Shown here: in pieces, positions 46,371 through 56,586 of the stretch
How positions within the stretch are numbered: the stretch's first letter is position 1
Layout: each line of letters opens with the position of its first letter
Sequence record: MZ475897.1
Reading direction: 5' to 3' (one strand)
DNA: 64,000 bases
Program-made: the position numbers and the translations under genes
The notes under the pieces: model-generated
Database searches by the model: none
What the model was told of the DNA's origin: nothing
Seen by the model: only the letters and a program-made list of their open reading frames with translations

Positions 46371-46838
46371 TCACAACGCCAATCCAATCCCTATCGCTGC
46401 AACAATACGCGTAAACCAAATCTGCATGTTGGCCGACTTCTGGTCTTCTATACGCGCCTTCCTTTCTGCTGCTAAGTCTTCGGAATAACCGTTAGCACGC
46501 ACCTCTTCGGCTTGTGCAAGTCTCAGCAACTTGTTGCGCTCATCAATCGTCAGGTTAAGAGTCTCAAGCAGCTTGTTACGCTCCTCAGTTCTGTCCTTAC
46601 CTGCCTTGTACAGATTTATTAGATCAACCATCCCTTTCTTGTCCAGAGTTGCCAGCTTCTGATCGTCAACTTGCTTGAGCACAATCTGAGGCTTGGCAGG
46701 AACCTTTTCTGATTCCCACTGGACTTTGTTGATCTGCTGAACATCCTGCATGGTAGTCTTTTTCTGAGCATCAATATTACTCAGATTGGACGAACATCCG
46801 CACAGAATAAGGCACAACAGCACAATGATAGTTTTCAT
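46371..46838 (-). CDS. lipoprotein spanin (o-spanin or u-spanin-like)
   Basis: Signal with lipobox ILCG-C, Ser at +2, coiled-coil middle, hydrophobic C-terminus IWFTRIVAAIGIGLAL. Confidence 0.65.
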   Translation of the reverse strand: MKTIIVLLCLILCGCSSNLSNIDAQKKTTMQDVQQINKVQWESEKVPAKPQIVLKQVDDQKLATLDKKGMVDLINLYKAGKDRTEERNKLLETLNLTIDERNKLLRLAQAEEVRANGYSEDLAAERKARIEDQKSANMQIWFTRIVAAIGIGLAL

Positions 46839-47140
46839 AGCTTGTTGTATTTCTCCGCCAGATCATCCATAGAATCGTTTTCAGATGCGGGCTTAGGGTC
46901 AGTCTCAGGCTTCCGTTCGTTCAAGCCCGCCACAGCATCGTTGACAGTCTTGCTGTCTTGGACCTGATTGGCGATAGCTTGTTCTCGCGTATTCTCTGCG
47001 GCTTTCTCTTCACCTGACGTGATTGATTCACTCGCTTTCGGACGACGAAAGAAAAGTGCAGCAACAATCAACACGACTACTGAGGCGAAAATCTTCCAGT
47101 ACTTCTTAAAAATTTCAATAGCCTTCGACATACCAATCAC
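46835..47140 (-). CDS. i-spanin-like protein
   Basis: N-terminal TM segment WKIFASVVVLIVAALFF then a polar domain; 4-nt overlap with the lipoprotein gene. Confidence 0.6.
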   Translation of the reverse strand: MIGMSKAIEIFKKYWKIFASVVVLIVAALFFRRPKASESITSGEEKAAENTREQAIANQVQDSKTVNDAVAGLNERKPETDPKPASENDSMDDLAEKYNKL

Positions 47141-47461
47141 CTATTGGTTGTTATCGTTCTGATCAGTGTTCTGACCGTCAGCATCTTCTTTCTTTGACTT
47201 GGAGATTTGAGTGTTAATCAAGTTCTCTACCGTAAAAGCAAGAGAGAAATAGGTAAGATGATCTGTTTGGCCACTGCGAATCAAACTAATCATCATGCCT
47301 GTAGAGACGCATAGTGCCGCGATACTTGCGACAGGATTGAGCGTCCAGTACTCTTTCCATCCCAAGTGTTCACGTCGCGTCTTAACGATATAGTTCATCA
47401 ACACTCCGCCGATGTATGTGCAGGTGAAGGCGAAAATATCGGTATACGACAAATGCTCCAT
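47141..47461 (-). CDS. putative holin
   Basis: 106 aa, 2-3 hydrophobic segments, charged C-terminus, directly upstream of the spanins. Confidence 0.55.
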   Translation of the reverse strand: MEHLSYTDIFAFTCTYIGGVLMNYIVKTRREHLGWKEYWTLNPVASIAALCVSTGMMISLIRSGQTDHLTYFSLAFTVENLINTQISKSKKEDADGQNTDQNDNNQ

Positions 47462-47481
47462 TGATCAATACTCCGTATCGA

Positions 47482-47511
47482 CAAAAGAAAAGGGAAGCCG
47501 AAGCCTCCCTC
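47482..47511 (-). terminator. Rho-independent terminator
   Basis: On - strand GGGAGGC-TTCG-GCTTCCC-TTTTCTTTT. Confidence 0.8.
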
Positions 47512-47516
47512 ATGTA

Positions 47517-47756
47517 TCACAGCTGATCAGCGGTAATCTGACCTGCTTGATATAGTTCACGTTTGCGTTCTTTCCATGTAGATGATACTTCTGAGAAGAA
47601 CTCTTTCAGACGGTCGTCATCTAGCTCGAACGGCTGATCAACACCATACTTGGTACATAAGGCATTGAACGTGGATTGGTATTCAGATTGCAGCAAGGAC
47701 TTACCAGCACTAACTGACGTATATTCCTTAGCTGCCAAAGCAACTCGAATTTGCAT
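47517..47756 (-). CDS. hypothetical protein
   Basis: GAGGAG RBS. Confidence 0.6.
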   Translation of the reverse strand: MQIRVALAAKEYTSVSAGKSLLQSEYQSTFNALCTKYGVDQPFELDDDRLKEFFSEVSSTWKERKRELYQAGQITADQL

Positions 47757-47791
47757 AACAGGCTCCTCGTATTAGACTCTAGTAAATTAGC

Positions 47792-48397
47792 TTACTTGAA
47801 AGTAATAACGAGGTCGTTGATTACTGTGGCTTTCGACTGATCATTGCCTGTTGTAGCGTTGGCATAGACCTTACCACCAGCAATGCGAAGCTCTGCGCTG
47901 CTGTTCTCGTTACCCACTGAACCCACTGCAATGAAGTCGCAGTAGTATGAAGCGGTAGGCAAGCCTGTTGTCAGATTCAGCGCTAACGAACCACCAGCAA
48001 CAAGCGCGAACCACGTAGGCGTTGCATCCTTCGTGATATAGCTGTTGCGGGTATCGGTGTTAGCAGCAACCAGTTTGGTGTTCATGGCAGCACCGAGAGT
48101 AATCGGTACGTTACTTGCCATAAGCGTTATGCTAGGCTTTAAGCCACCAACGCCACCAACGTAGTCTGCGTTGCGTGCGGTCAGGAACGAAGTCAGGTTC
48201 TGATAAGCTGCGTTCGAGCCTGCGTGCTGCGTAGCGCCGTTCAGAAAAGCATTCATCTCAGCTTTAGTTGGCTGAGTACCTGTGAACAGCAACACTGCCA
48301 CGTTCATTGAAGCATACGCGGTAGGCACAGAGCCAGACACATATGTTGAGATAGCGTTGCGCTGCATTGCGTTTGCTGTAGCTGGTAACATTCTCAT
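47792..48397 (-). CDS. virion fibre-associated protein, small paralog family
   Basis: LFTGTQP...TPTWF...GSVG.ENSSAELRI.GG. Confidence 0.55.
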   Translation of the reverse strand: MRMLPATANAMQRNAISTYVSGSVPTAYASMNVAVLLFTGTQPTKAEMNAFLNGATQHAGSNAAYQNLTSFLTARNADYVGGVGGLKPSITLMASNVPITLGAAMNTKLVAANTDTRNSYITKDATPTWFALVAGGSLALNLTTGLPTASYYCDFIAVGSVGNENSSAELRIAGGKVYANATTGNDQSKATVINDLVITFK

Positions 48398-49299
48398 TAC
48401 ACACTCTCCAGGAAGTTATCAGCGATGCGGAACGACAGGTCAGGCACAGCTTGCTGTGTGAACTTACCTATGTTAGGCACACCCAGCGTCATATCTGTAG
48501 GCACGTCAAGCACCAGACCGTAATAGTCGTCTGCAACGTTACCCAGATAGTTGTTCGCGCCAGAAGGCATAGCAAGCAGCAACGGAACCAACACAACGTG
48601 CGTGAGAGCAGCGCTAACGTATTCACTGGACCGTTCTGCATATAGCGTGAATGACTGATAGGCTGTGGTTGCTGTCTTGCATGTGATGCGAATACGACGA
48701 GTAGTAATGTCCAAACCATCGTTCATGCCTTGAGCAAGCCCTGTGATTGACGTCCACACGTTGTTGCTGTCCAGATAGCTAATATCGAACCATCCGCTAC
48801 TAGGCAACTGTGCAGAGTTAATCATCATACCACGGATATGTAGCGAACGGCCGTAATCGTATTCAACCACATCACCCAACGCCCATGAAGGAGAAACAGG
48901 GCTGGTGAAGTCGAATGCGGCAGAGAGCTGTGCGCACACTTGCTGGGGCGTGTTGTTCGTACCAATAGCAGGCGTGAGGCGCGAATACTCAGGGTAAGTA
49001 GCAAACGTATCAACAGACGCACCAGCAATGAACTGAGTGCGCTTCTGCCCGTAACCGCCGATAGGAAGCATTGAACGACCACGACTGAACTGGCGCGTCA
49101 ACAGGCCATTTGCTTCTGTGCCTTGAGACTGGAACTTATACTCCACAGCACAACGTGAGCTTGCAATCAAGTCCATGAGTGTGCGTGGAATGGATGCGCT
49201 ACTACCGTTACGGAAGAAAGCAGCAAACCCGCTAGAGTTAGCAGCCGTGCCTACTGTCTGTAAGAACTGGTATAGCGCAACTTTTTCAGAGACTAACAT
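48397..49299 (-). CDS. virion fibre protein, large family with discoidin-like insert
   Basis: EYDYG..L.I...W......TRRIRI. Confidence 0.5.
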   Translation of the reverse strand: MLVSEKVALYQFLQTVGTAANSSGFAAFFRNGSSASIPRTLMDLIASSRCAVEYKFQSQGTEANGLLTRQFSRGRSMLPIGGYGQKRTQFIAGASVDTFATYPEYSRLTPAIGTNNTPQQVCAQLSAAFDFTSPVSPSWALGDVVEYDYGRSLHIRGMMINSAQLPSSGWFDISYLDSNNVWTSITGLAQGMNDGLDITTRRIRITCKTATTAYQSFTLYAERSSEYVSAALTHVVLVPLLLAMPSGANNYLGNVADDYYGLVLDVPTDMTLGVPNIGKFTQQAVPDLSFRIADNFLESV

Positions 49300-49308
49300 C
49301 GTGCCTCC

Positions 49309-49839
49309 TTAGAGCTTGATGCGGATGTCAGATGGGCGCACGGCAACGTTAGCAGTTACGGTACCGCCAACGATTTTAAGATCCGCTGCGGAGTTCTCAT
49401 CGCCGACAGTTCCCCAGACCAACGCACTGCACGTAGTAGAGGCAGACCAGTTCGCAAACGCAGATCCTGCTGAGGCCGCTGCGCACAAACGCATCATGAA
49501 CCAAGTAGGCGTACCTGACGTGGCAATCGCAAAGTTGTTAGCCTGTGAACTGAGAGGGATAACAAGCGACAGCGCATCTGGGTCGATAGTCGGTACGATA
49601 GACAGGCACGCTAGGTCACCGAGAAAGTTTGACGCGGTAGCGAAAGGTGCAACCGCAGCAGCCGTCCACGTAGGCAGCTGGCTGGAGCCCAACAGAGCAA
49701 GGATCTGATCGTCTGTAGGCATAGTTCCGTTGAACAGACCTACATGCAGCACGTTGTCCAACATAGTTGAGTTAGGAACAAAACGCAGCAGCAGGTTGAC
49801 CAAACTCTGGTTACTATTAAAAGAAGCAGATACACGCAT
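49309..49839 (-). CDS. virion fibre-associated protein, small paralog family
   Basis: LFNGTMP...GTPTWF...GTVGDENSAADLKIVGG; start moved to 49839. Confidence 0.55.
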   Translation of the reverse strand: MRVSASFNSNQSLVNLLLRFVPNSTMLDNVLHVGLFNGTMPTDDQILALLGSSQLPTWTAAAVAPFATASNFLGDLACLSIVPTIDPDALSLVIPLSSQANNFAIATSGTPTWFMMRLCAAASAGSAFANWSASTTCSALVWGTVGDENSAADLKIVGGTVTANVAVRPSDIRIKL

Positions 49840-50903
49840 TAGTAGTTCTCCAGAGTTACAGGACGCAGGTTGATAACAAGACTCGGGCACAGTTGTTCCT
49901 GTGCAGGAATCACAGTAGCGTCAGGCATAAGAATGTCGTTTGACGCAGAGACTTTCAGATCGTCTGTCACGCTAAGGCCAAAGTGGTTGAAGACGCGTCC
50001 GTAGTTATACCCAGACTGGTTCGACACCGCAGGGATAGCAGTGAATGACGTGGCAAAAGCAAACAAGCATCCCACCATGTGACCGATTTTACTCAGGGTA
50101 CGCGGTGAAGTGCCTGAAACGTAGTCGCCATAGAAGTGCAGAGCAAACTGACCAAAGCCCGTAGACCACTGAGTCGCTACGTTAGCAGCTTTAGTGACTA
50201 AACGGAAACGACGGCCAGTAACAGTTGAAGGTAACTGGAAGTATTTCTCCGAGGCTGCGCTGGCGTTGAACAGGTTAGCTGTTACGCTAGTAACGTCAGT
50301 CCAGCTACTACCATTCTGCACCTGCAGGAAGACCATATACGGAGCAGATGAGACCAAGACGTTGTTGCTGCCTGTAGCGAACGTCAATGACGCCAGAGAG
50401 TTGATAGCAACATCAGCACCAAAATCGTACTCAGCAATCGTCCACGAACCATCTGTGTTCTGCACACGAGGTTGAGGTAGAGAAGCTGTAGCATTCGCAG
50501 GGAATGGCAGAAGGTTAGCGACGGTAGTTGATGCACAGCGGTGTGCCAGAATCGTGAAGAAGATTTGGTCTAACTGTAAGGCAACGTTGGTCAATGAGTT
50601 TTGCGACAGCACGTTCGCATAGTCTGCGCTGTATGTAGGCAGATTCACTTTAGGCAGCACGCGTTTGCCGCGATAGCCTTGCACAGTAGTCCACGCAGGA
50701 GCAGGAGATACCTGGTAAGCCGTCACTGTGTTAGGAGTAGCTGTGAATTGACCGCCACTTGGCGCCGCTGTAAAAGAACGCGCAGACACCATGTTGTTCA
50801 GCACAGTTTGTAGATCATAGTTCAAGGGGTCAGGCATAGCCCCCTCAAGGAATGCGCCGTAGATTTGCTGCGTGGTACTCGAATTAAATGGAGCGAGTTT
50901 CAT
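49839..50903 (-). CDS. virion fibre protein, large family with discoidin-like insert
   Basis: AEYDFG...LQVQNGSSWTD...LPSTVTGRRFRLV; start moved to 50903. Confidence 0.55.
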   Translation of the reverse strand: MKLAPFNSSTTQQIYGAFLEGAMPDPLNYDLQTVLNNMVSARSFTAAPSGGQFTATPNTVTAYQVSPAPAWTTVQGYRGKRVLPKVNLPTYSADYANVLSQNSLTNVALQLDQIFFTILAHRCASTTVANLLPFPANATASLPQPRVQNTDGSWTIAEYDFGADVAINSLASLTFATGSNNVLVSSAPYMVFLQVQNGSSWTDVTSVTANLFNASAASEKYFQLPSTVTGRRFRLVTKAANVATQWSTGFGQFALHFYGDYVSGTSPRTLSKIGHMVGCLFAFATSFTAIPAVSNQSGYNYGRVFNHFGLSVTDDLKVSASNDILMPDATVIPAQEQLCPSLVINLRPVTLENY

Positions 50904-50969
50904 ATTATGCCCTTGTGTTGAAGACACATCAAATTAATGTGTGCGGCACATATAGCACCGCACACAATC

Positions 50970-51500
50970 TTATACCTGGAACGACAGATCGAGGAAGCGA
51001 TATGCCTGACTGGTCTTAATCGTGCCGCCGATGAACTGTAGTTCAGCATCAGAGCCTTCTGCACCAACAGTGCCGATAATCACAGGCCCTGCAAGCAGCG
51101 TACCAGGAGAAGACGTTAGCATGAAGTTAGCCCACGAAGCCACAGCAGCCGCACCAGCAGCGGCAACGATACGAGCTACGAAGTAGGTAGGTGTACCATC
51201 AGCCACGCCAACAAGTGTACGACTACTACCCGCAAGAGGCAGAGAGATTGTACGAGATGAAGGGTTGACAGAAGGTGTAAGGTTATCAATGGCGATAGAG
51301 CCAAGGAAGTTAGCCTGCGTCAAACCTAAACCTGTACCACCCAGCACGTTCCAACCCGAAGTCAGAGACATAGCCATGAGATTTTTCATCTGAGGCTTAG
51401 TGCCTTTAAACAGACCGATATGCAACGTATTTGCAGCAATTGCGGTAGCGGGAAACACTGAGTTCAGTTGAGCCAAAGAAAGGCCACGGTTACTAATCAT
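50970..51500 (-). CDS. virion fibre-associated protein, small paralog family
   Basis: LFKGTKP...GTPTYF...GTVGAEGSDAELQFIGG. Confidence 0.55.
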   Translation of the reverse strand: MISNRGLSLAQLNSVFPATAIAANTLHIGLFKGTKPQMKNLMAMSLTSGWNVLGGTGLGLTQANFLGSIAIDNLTPSVNPSSRTISLPLAGSSRTLVGVADGTPTYFVARIVAAAGAAAVASWANFMLTSSPGTLLAGPVIIGTVGAEGSDAELQFIGGTIKTSQAYRFLDLSFQV

Positions 51501-52573
51501 ACGCCTCTCCCTACGATTGCGTCAGCACGAACTTTGAAAGCAGGTACAGGCACGTCCGTAAACTTATCCAGCGTGTAAGTTGCGTCACGCATGTAAATAT
51601 CCGAAGTCGCGGCTTTCGTCAGGTCATCTGTGATAGTCACGTGGAACATCGCGCAGTAACGGCCAAGCACTGTAGTAATAGCAGCAGGATAGTTGAAAGC
51701 CCACTCAGTGGTAGTAGTATAGCCCGCGGCAGGGATTACATGCAGCATAGTCATGTGCTTGTACTTGCCCAATGTACGTGGCTTGGTAGTGGTATAGTTG
51801 CCAAAGAAATGCAAACCAAACGGATAGTGACCAACAGTAGACCACGGGAAGGTCGGGTTCTTATTCACTACGCGGAACTTCTGCGCTTTAACAGAAGCAG
51901 GAAGAACGTAATGATTCGAACCGTAGTTAGTGGACACACGGGTAGCTGCGTATACGTCCACTGCATCTATCCACTGCCCGTCAACTTGAGCCTGCAAAAT
52001 AGTTTGCTGGGTATTCGTTATCATGTACGTGCTGTTGGTAGAACCACATGTTGTGCCGAGGATGCTCTTGAGTTCAATCTCTGCACCGAAGTCGTACTCA
52101 GCACACAGCCACCAGCCTTCCGCAGTTGTGTTATAGATATTACTTAACACGCGGTTGCCTGATGTAGAGAAGGCAACAATCGTATCAAAGTGATGCGCAA
52201 TCATCGCAGCAGCTACAGCCTCGTTGTAATACTGAGCCTGAATAGAGAAACGCTGATCGATAGGTGCGAAACGAATTTTAGGCACGATACGCTTAGCACC
52301 AGCAGGCACGGCAATAGCTGAGTTACGTGCAACGGTTTCGATCCAAGAAGGAACAAAGTTGTTACCGCTAAACGTTGTATTGCTAATGCTTGGCGTAAAC
52401 TGAGAAGCGATTGGCGATCCAATACGCGCCATGTTAAACAGACGTATAGCAACAGCTTCATTGAATGCGCTGTGAATCCCTTTCTCACCATCGGCAGGAG
52501 CATCAGTATCATAGAGCAGACCAAAATACTGAGCGTTGCCTGACAGCAGAGGGTTGTACGGTAGAATCTCCAT
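51497..52573 (-). CDS. virion fibre protein, large family with discoidin-like insert
   Basis: AEYDFG...LQAQVDGQWID...LPASVKAQKFRVV; close paralog of 49839-50903. Confidence 0.55.
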   Translation of the reverse strand: MEILPYNPLLSGNAQYFGLLYDTDAPADGEKGIHSAFNEAVAIRLFNMARIGSPIASQFTPSISNTTFSGNNFVPSWIETVARNSAIAVPAGAKRIVPKIRFAPIDQRFSIQAQYYNEAVAAAMIAHHFDTIVAFSTSGNRVLSNIYNTTAEGWWLCAEYDFGAEIELKSILGTTCGSTNSTYMITNTQQTILQAQVDGQWIDAVDVYAATRVSTNYGSNHYVLPASVKAQKFRVVNKNPTFPWSTVGHYPFGLHFFGNYTTTKPRTLGKYKHMTMLHVIPAAGYTTTTEWAFNYPAAITTVLGRYCAMFHVTITDDLTKAATSDIYMRDATYTLDKFTDVPVPAFKVRADAIVGRGV

Positions 52574-52580
52574 AATGTCC

Positions 52581-53162
52581 TCAGCTAAAAGTTATGTTAT
52601 TGAGAACGATAGGACCGCTCAGTGTATAGGTACCATCACCGTTGTCAGTCAGAGTCGCACCCATCTGAGTCAGGTCAGCAGGCGTAAGCTCAACAACTGA
52701 GGGTATCGCAGTTGTTGTACCGATGGCGGCAACACCACTAAGGAACAAATACATGCGATTGAACGGTTGCGTGTATGTGATGCGACCCAAGTTCTGAATC
52801 AGAATATCCAACATGCGAGTACCATCACCCTGATTGATGATACGCGCAGCGTTAGAACTGGAATTCACGACTGCGCTCATCGTACAGTTAACGCCAGCAG
52901 CATTCAGCGCTGTGCTCAGAGCATTGATCGTGATGTTCGACGCATACAGCGTATTCCAAATAGAGTCTGGAATGGTATCGCCTGTAGAGAAAAGAATAGC
53001 TGCTCCTACTTCTGTACTGTAAGGAGCGCCGCCACCTTGCACAGCAACAGCATTATAGGGAGTCACTAGTGCTGGCACCCAAGGCGCATCCACTGGAGAA
53101 CTTGAGTTGTTAGAACTCAGAGCATCACCACGCATGTTCATCATGGCTTTAGAAATATACAT
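52581..53162 (-). CDS. virion-associated protein, divergent small family
   Basis: LFSTGDTIP; size and position match the small members. Confidence 0.45.
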   Translation of the reverse strand: MYISKAMMNMRGDALSSNNSSSPVDAPWVPALVTPYNAVAVQGGGAPYSTEVGAAILFSTGDTIPDSIWNTLYASNITINALSTALNAAGVNCTMSAVVNSSSNAARIINQGDGTRMLDILIQNLGRITYTQPFNRMYLFLSGVAAIGTTTAIPSVVELTPADLTQMGATLTDNGDGTYTLSGPIVLNNITFS

Positions 53163-54064
53163 CAGCTACTCCTTGTGGTGAAGCGCAGCTTAGGACAATA
53201 CATGATTGTCTTCTGGTTAGGAATAACGTCGCCCACGATCTTGAATGGACCTGACGTACCGCACGCACCAGCCGCAAACATAATGTCATCAGAGTAGTCA
53301 ATGCTACCATGAGTGAACGTATTGCAGTGAGTGAAAGCAGCCCACGTAGGAGCAGTTGCAGCAGCGCTTGGTGCAGCATCTACGGAACTCAACAGGATGC
53401 GAGGCATGGACGCAGTGGTGCCTGAGTATTTGAAGCGATAGCGCTTAGCCGCACGTGGCGTAGACAGAGCGAGACAAGTAGCCTCACCAGCAACAGCCGT
53501 AGCACTACCTAACGCATATTCAGTCGCACCATCGTCAGACAACGCCACCAGCGTAAAACCATCAGAAACAGTGCCGAGGAATTTGATGTGCGTTACAGTA
53601 ACCGCAGTATCAAACTCAATGTCCGTATTGCTCGAAGCGGAACGTGAATACACGGACGCTACGGACCCAACGCCAAGAGGCAGCGTGATGTTTCTGTCAG
53701 TGAATCCGCTACGCGTAATGCGATTAGGCAGAAGCTGATTAACAGCGAGCGCAGCAGTACCCACAGTGCCGTAATACGAAACGCCTTTAGGTATGTACTG
53801 CGACTGTAGAGCAAGCGCAATAACGTTACCGTTTTCTGTTCCTGTCACAGGATTACGCACGATACCAATCGCTTGGTTGTACATGTCCGCAAGTGACTTC
53901 TGGTTGAAAGCCGCAGCGAAGCCCGCATCAGATGTAGGCAGCTTACCGCTAAATGCAAAGATATTCCAGCCGGCGCCTACGTTCGGGTCATTCAGGACAC
54001 CAGCTACGTTTGAGGCCGACCCAACAACTGCTTGAGCCATTTGGCGAGTATTGATGATTTTCAT
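53162..54064 (-). CDS. virion fibre protein, large family
   Basis: FAFSGKLP...DIEFDTAVTV...AKRYRF...PTWA. Confidence 0.5.
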   Translation of the reverse strand: MKIINTRQMAQAVVGSASNVAGVLNDPNVGAGWNIFAFSGKLPTSDAGFAAAFNQKSLADMYNQAIGIVRNPVTGTENGNVIALALQSQYIPKGVSYYGTVGTAALAVNQLLPNRITRSGFTDRNITLPLGVGSVASVYSRSASSNTDIEFDTAVTVTHIKFLGTVSDGFTLVALSDDGATEYALGSATAVAGEATCLALSTPRAAKRYRFKYSGTTASMPRILLSSVDAAPSAAATAPTWAAFTHCNTFTHGSIDYSDDIMFAAGACGTSGPFKIVGDVIPNQKTIMYCPKLRFTTRSS

Positions 54065-54522
54065 TATCCCACCACCGGTGCAACAGGTTTGTTGGTAACT
54101 TTCGTATCGGACAGATCGAGATTACCTGTCTGCACACGAAACACGATGTTATCAAACAGCACGTCCAGTGTTGCTGTTGTGACGAACTGGCCACACACCA
54201 CAGGCGCGTACTGCACAGGCGCTGGTGGGTTTGAGTTGAACGACTCAGGCATAAACTTAGACTGAGACTGCGTAGCCAGCACAGGTTTAAGCGTCAGAGT
54301 ATCAACAGCCGCAGTACGCTTGCGCTGAATGAGCGACCACACATTCGCACCCAGCGTTAACGAAATGGCGGTAGCGCTAGTACGCGTCAGACTAATAGCA
54401 GACTGGTTTTCGTTGTCGTACTTACGGTTAGGCTGAGAGGAGCTGCTAATCTCTTGCTGTGAAAGCACGAACGTAAAGTCCGCAAACATATCTGGGTCAT
54501 ATGTGACGACAGGAATAAACAT
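54064..54522 (-). CDS. virion-associated protein
   Basis: MFIPVVTYD N-terminus shared with 56587-57234. Confidence 0.45.
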   Translation of the reverse strand: MFIPVVTYDPDMFADFTFVLSQQEISSSSQPNRKYDNENQSAISLTRTSATAISLTLGANVWSLIQRKRTAAVDTLTLKPVLATQSQSKFMPESFNSNPPAPVQYAPVVCGQFVTTATLDVLFDNIVFRVQTGNLDLSDTKVTNKPVAPVVG

Positions 54523-54524
54523 CG

Positions 54525-55619
54525 TTACACTCCTTGGCGAATGCTGTATTTGTCAATGATAGGCGTGTAGGCCGCATTCGCACTTGAACCATAACCGCCT
54601 GTAACGATACTTCCAGTAACATTCGGCTTAACAATCGCATACGTGAAGCTATCCACAACAGTACCGTTGATGGAAATAGTATGGATGTTTGACAGTGCGT
54701 TATACACATACTTGATGTGGACGTTGCTGGTGGTTTTCATCGCGGCATACGCAGCAATAGGACGAACCACTTTAGCAGCAGCCGCACCGCCACCTGAGTT
54801 GTTCCACAACAGGAAGCCTTTCTCGTTCGAACGGTCAAACGATAGCGTCAGTCTGTCAGTTAACGTGGTGCCCATCTTGAGCAGCGTGAACTCAGAGTAG
54901 TCCGTAGTGCTTGACTGACGATAATCAAACTCAATGGTGAATGACTGACTCAGATCGATATTGGACGTGAGAGACATAACGCCTGTCGTGCCTAAATCGA
55001 TACCAGCAGCACCGTCAGCAGGAGCTTTAGCGTTACCACTTACAGTCGCAGTGGCTCCAAGATAGTCAGCAAAGCTGGTGGCGCCAGGCGTCCACAACGA
55101 ACTGTCCAGAGCTACAACCTCTGAACCGCCAAGCCATGTCGCTGTTGTGTTCTCTACCCACATGTTGGTCAGTGGAATAGTGAAGCTGTTGATCGTAATC
55201 TGCGTCTTATATCCCGCTGCATCGTACTTGATGTTCAGGTCAGGATAAAGCAGAGTAACGTCCGTGCCTACAGTCAGACACACAGGCAAGATGCCACCCA
55301 GAATAAGATGAGTAGGCACGCCTTCTGCAACTGCGGTCAACAGGCAATCAGATACGGAAATCTTCTGACGGTCGATAGTGCGAACGCAGTTGGTGCCTTT
55401 AGCCAGCACAGTACAGATACCGCTAGACGCTGCTAGTGCTGCATCAAACGAGTAACCTGCACCAGTCTGTGTCTGATAGTTAAGGCACTTATTAATGTCT
55501 GTCTCAGTGAATCCGTTGTTGAGACGAACGAGATAACAGGACTTATCGTCGGCGGTAGCCTGAGCAAACAGACGAGTAAGCTGAGGTACGGCAGATGCTG
55601 CAAATAAACTGTATTTCAT
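54525..55619 (-). CDS. virion fibre protein with C-terminal LamG/concanavalin-like domain
   Basis: FTIEFDY...HIKYVY...ISINGT...IDKYSIRQG; start moved to 55619. Confidence 0.5.
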   Translation of the reverse strand: MKYSLFAASAVPQLTRLFAQATADDKSCYLVRLNNGFTETDINKCLNYQTQTGAGYSFDAALAASSGICTVLAKGTNCVRTIDRQKISVSDCLLTAVAEGVPTHLILGGILPVCLTVGTDVTLLYPDLNIKYDAAGYKTQITINSFTIPLTNMWVENTTATWLGGSEVVALDSSLWTPGATSFADYLGATATVSGNAKAPADGAAGIDLGTTGVMSLTSNIDLSQSFTIEFDYRQSSTTDYSEFTLLKMGTTLTDRLTLSFDRSNEKGFLLWNNSGGGAAAAKVVRPIAAYAAMKTTSNVHIKYVYNALSNIHTISINGTVVDSFTYAIVKPNVTGSIVTGGYGSSANAAYTPIIDKYSIRQGV

Positions 55620-55620
55620 G

Positions 55621-56577
55621 TTATACCTCAGTAGACAGGCGCATCTGAGCGATAGTAGCGAACTCACCCGGGCCCAATGCGGTAGCCTGTACTTCGATTG
55701 GCTTACCACTACCGATAGCTCCGACTTCGCAAGCGAAATAAGTTGGGATGTAGTTGCCATTTGCCAAAGCACCATAGTTGGTATCTTGAATCACGACGAT
55801 AGCGCTTTGCACAGTCTTGTAACTCGCATTCACACCAACATCAGATGCAGTCACAGGAATAGCGCGGCGGTTAGCTACAGAGTGGACAAGTCTAAAGCGA
55901 TTGCTTGCAGCAGGCACGGTGGCCAGCATGTTACCTTCCTGGTTGGCTGCAATAGACCACGCAACAGCAGTTCCAATAGAACCATCACTGTTGATAGGAG
56001 CAATCGTGCCGCTCGTAATCAGCGACTGATCGTTAACGTCAGACAGCATGGCATTAATCGTTACCACGTTGTCATACGTCAGGTCAGTAGTTGATAAGTG
56101 AATCCCAGGCTGCGCTGCATCGTGAGGGATACCCGCATAGTCCCAAGGACGATAGCCCGCTTGACCAATACCCCACAGTGCTTTGTTGCCTGCATCGATC
56201 GAGGTAGTGTACGCAGTTTGAATCGCAACGTTTACAGCAGCCGAGTAGCCTACAGGAAATGCCTTAGAAGGATAGTGAATCGTTGCCCCGTTCTTTGGTT
56301 CGTACACAGAACCCGAACGCGCTTTCCATCCCTCAGACAAATCAAGCAGTGGCAGCAGGCCTTCTGTTGTTGGACGCAATACTACCTTCGTTGCAGCAAC
56401 TGCGTTGTTGAACAGGTTGCGCATGTCAGTCAAATGCTGGCGGAAGTTGCCTTGATCTGCAATGGTGTTCTCAAAGAAGAACACGTTGGCGATAATACCA
56501 TTGGACGCTGTATTCGCCCAGCCGGAGCCTTGCTGTAGCACAGACAGCGGCAGAATGTTATGTCCTAAGATACGCAT
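55621..56577 (-). CDS. virion fibre protein, large family
   Basis: VFFFEN...DLTYDNVVTI...SNRFRLV. Confidence 0.5.
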   Translation of the reverse strand: MRILGHNILPLSVLQQGSGWANTASNGIIANVFFFENTIADQGNFRQHLTDMRNLFNNAVAATKVVLRPTTEGLLPLLDLSEGWKARSGSVYEPKNGATIHYPSKAFPVGYSAAVNVAIQTAYTTSIDAGNKALWGIGQAGYRPWDYAGIPHDAAQPGIHLSTTDLTYDNVVTINAMLSDVNDQSLITSGTIAPINSDGSIGTAVAWSIAANQEGNMLATVPAASNRFRLVHSVANRRAIPVTASDVGVNASYKTVQSAIVVIQDTNYGALANGNYIPTYFACEVGAIGSGKPIEVQATALGPGEFATIAQMRLSTEV

Positions 56578-56586
56578 CAGAACCTC

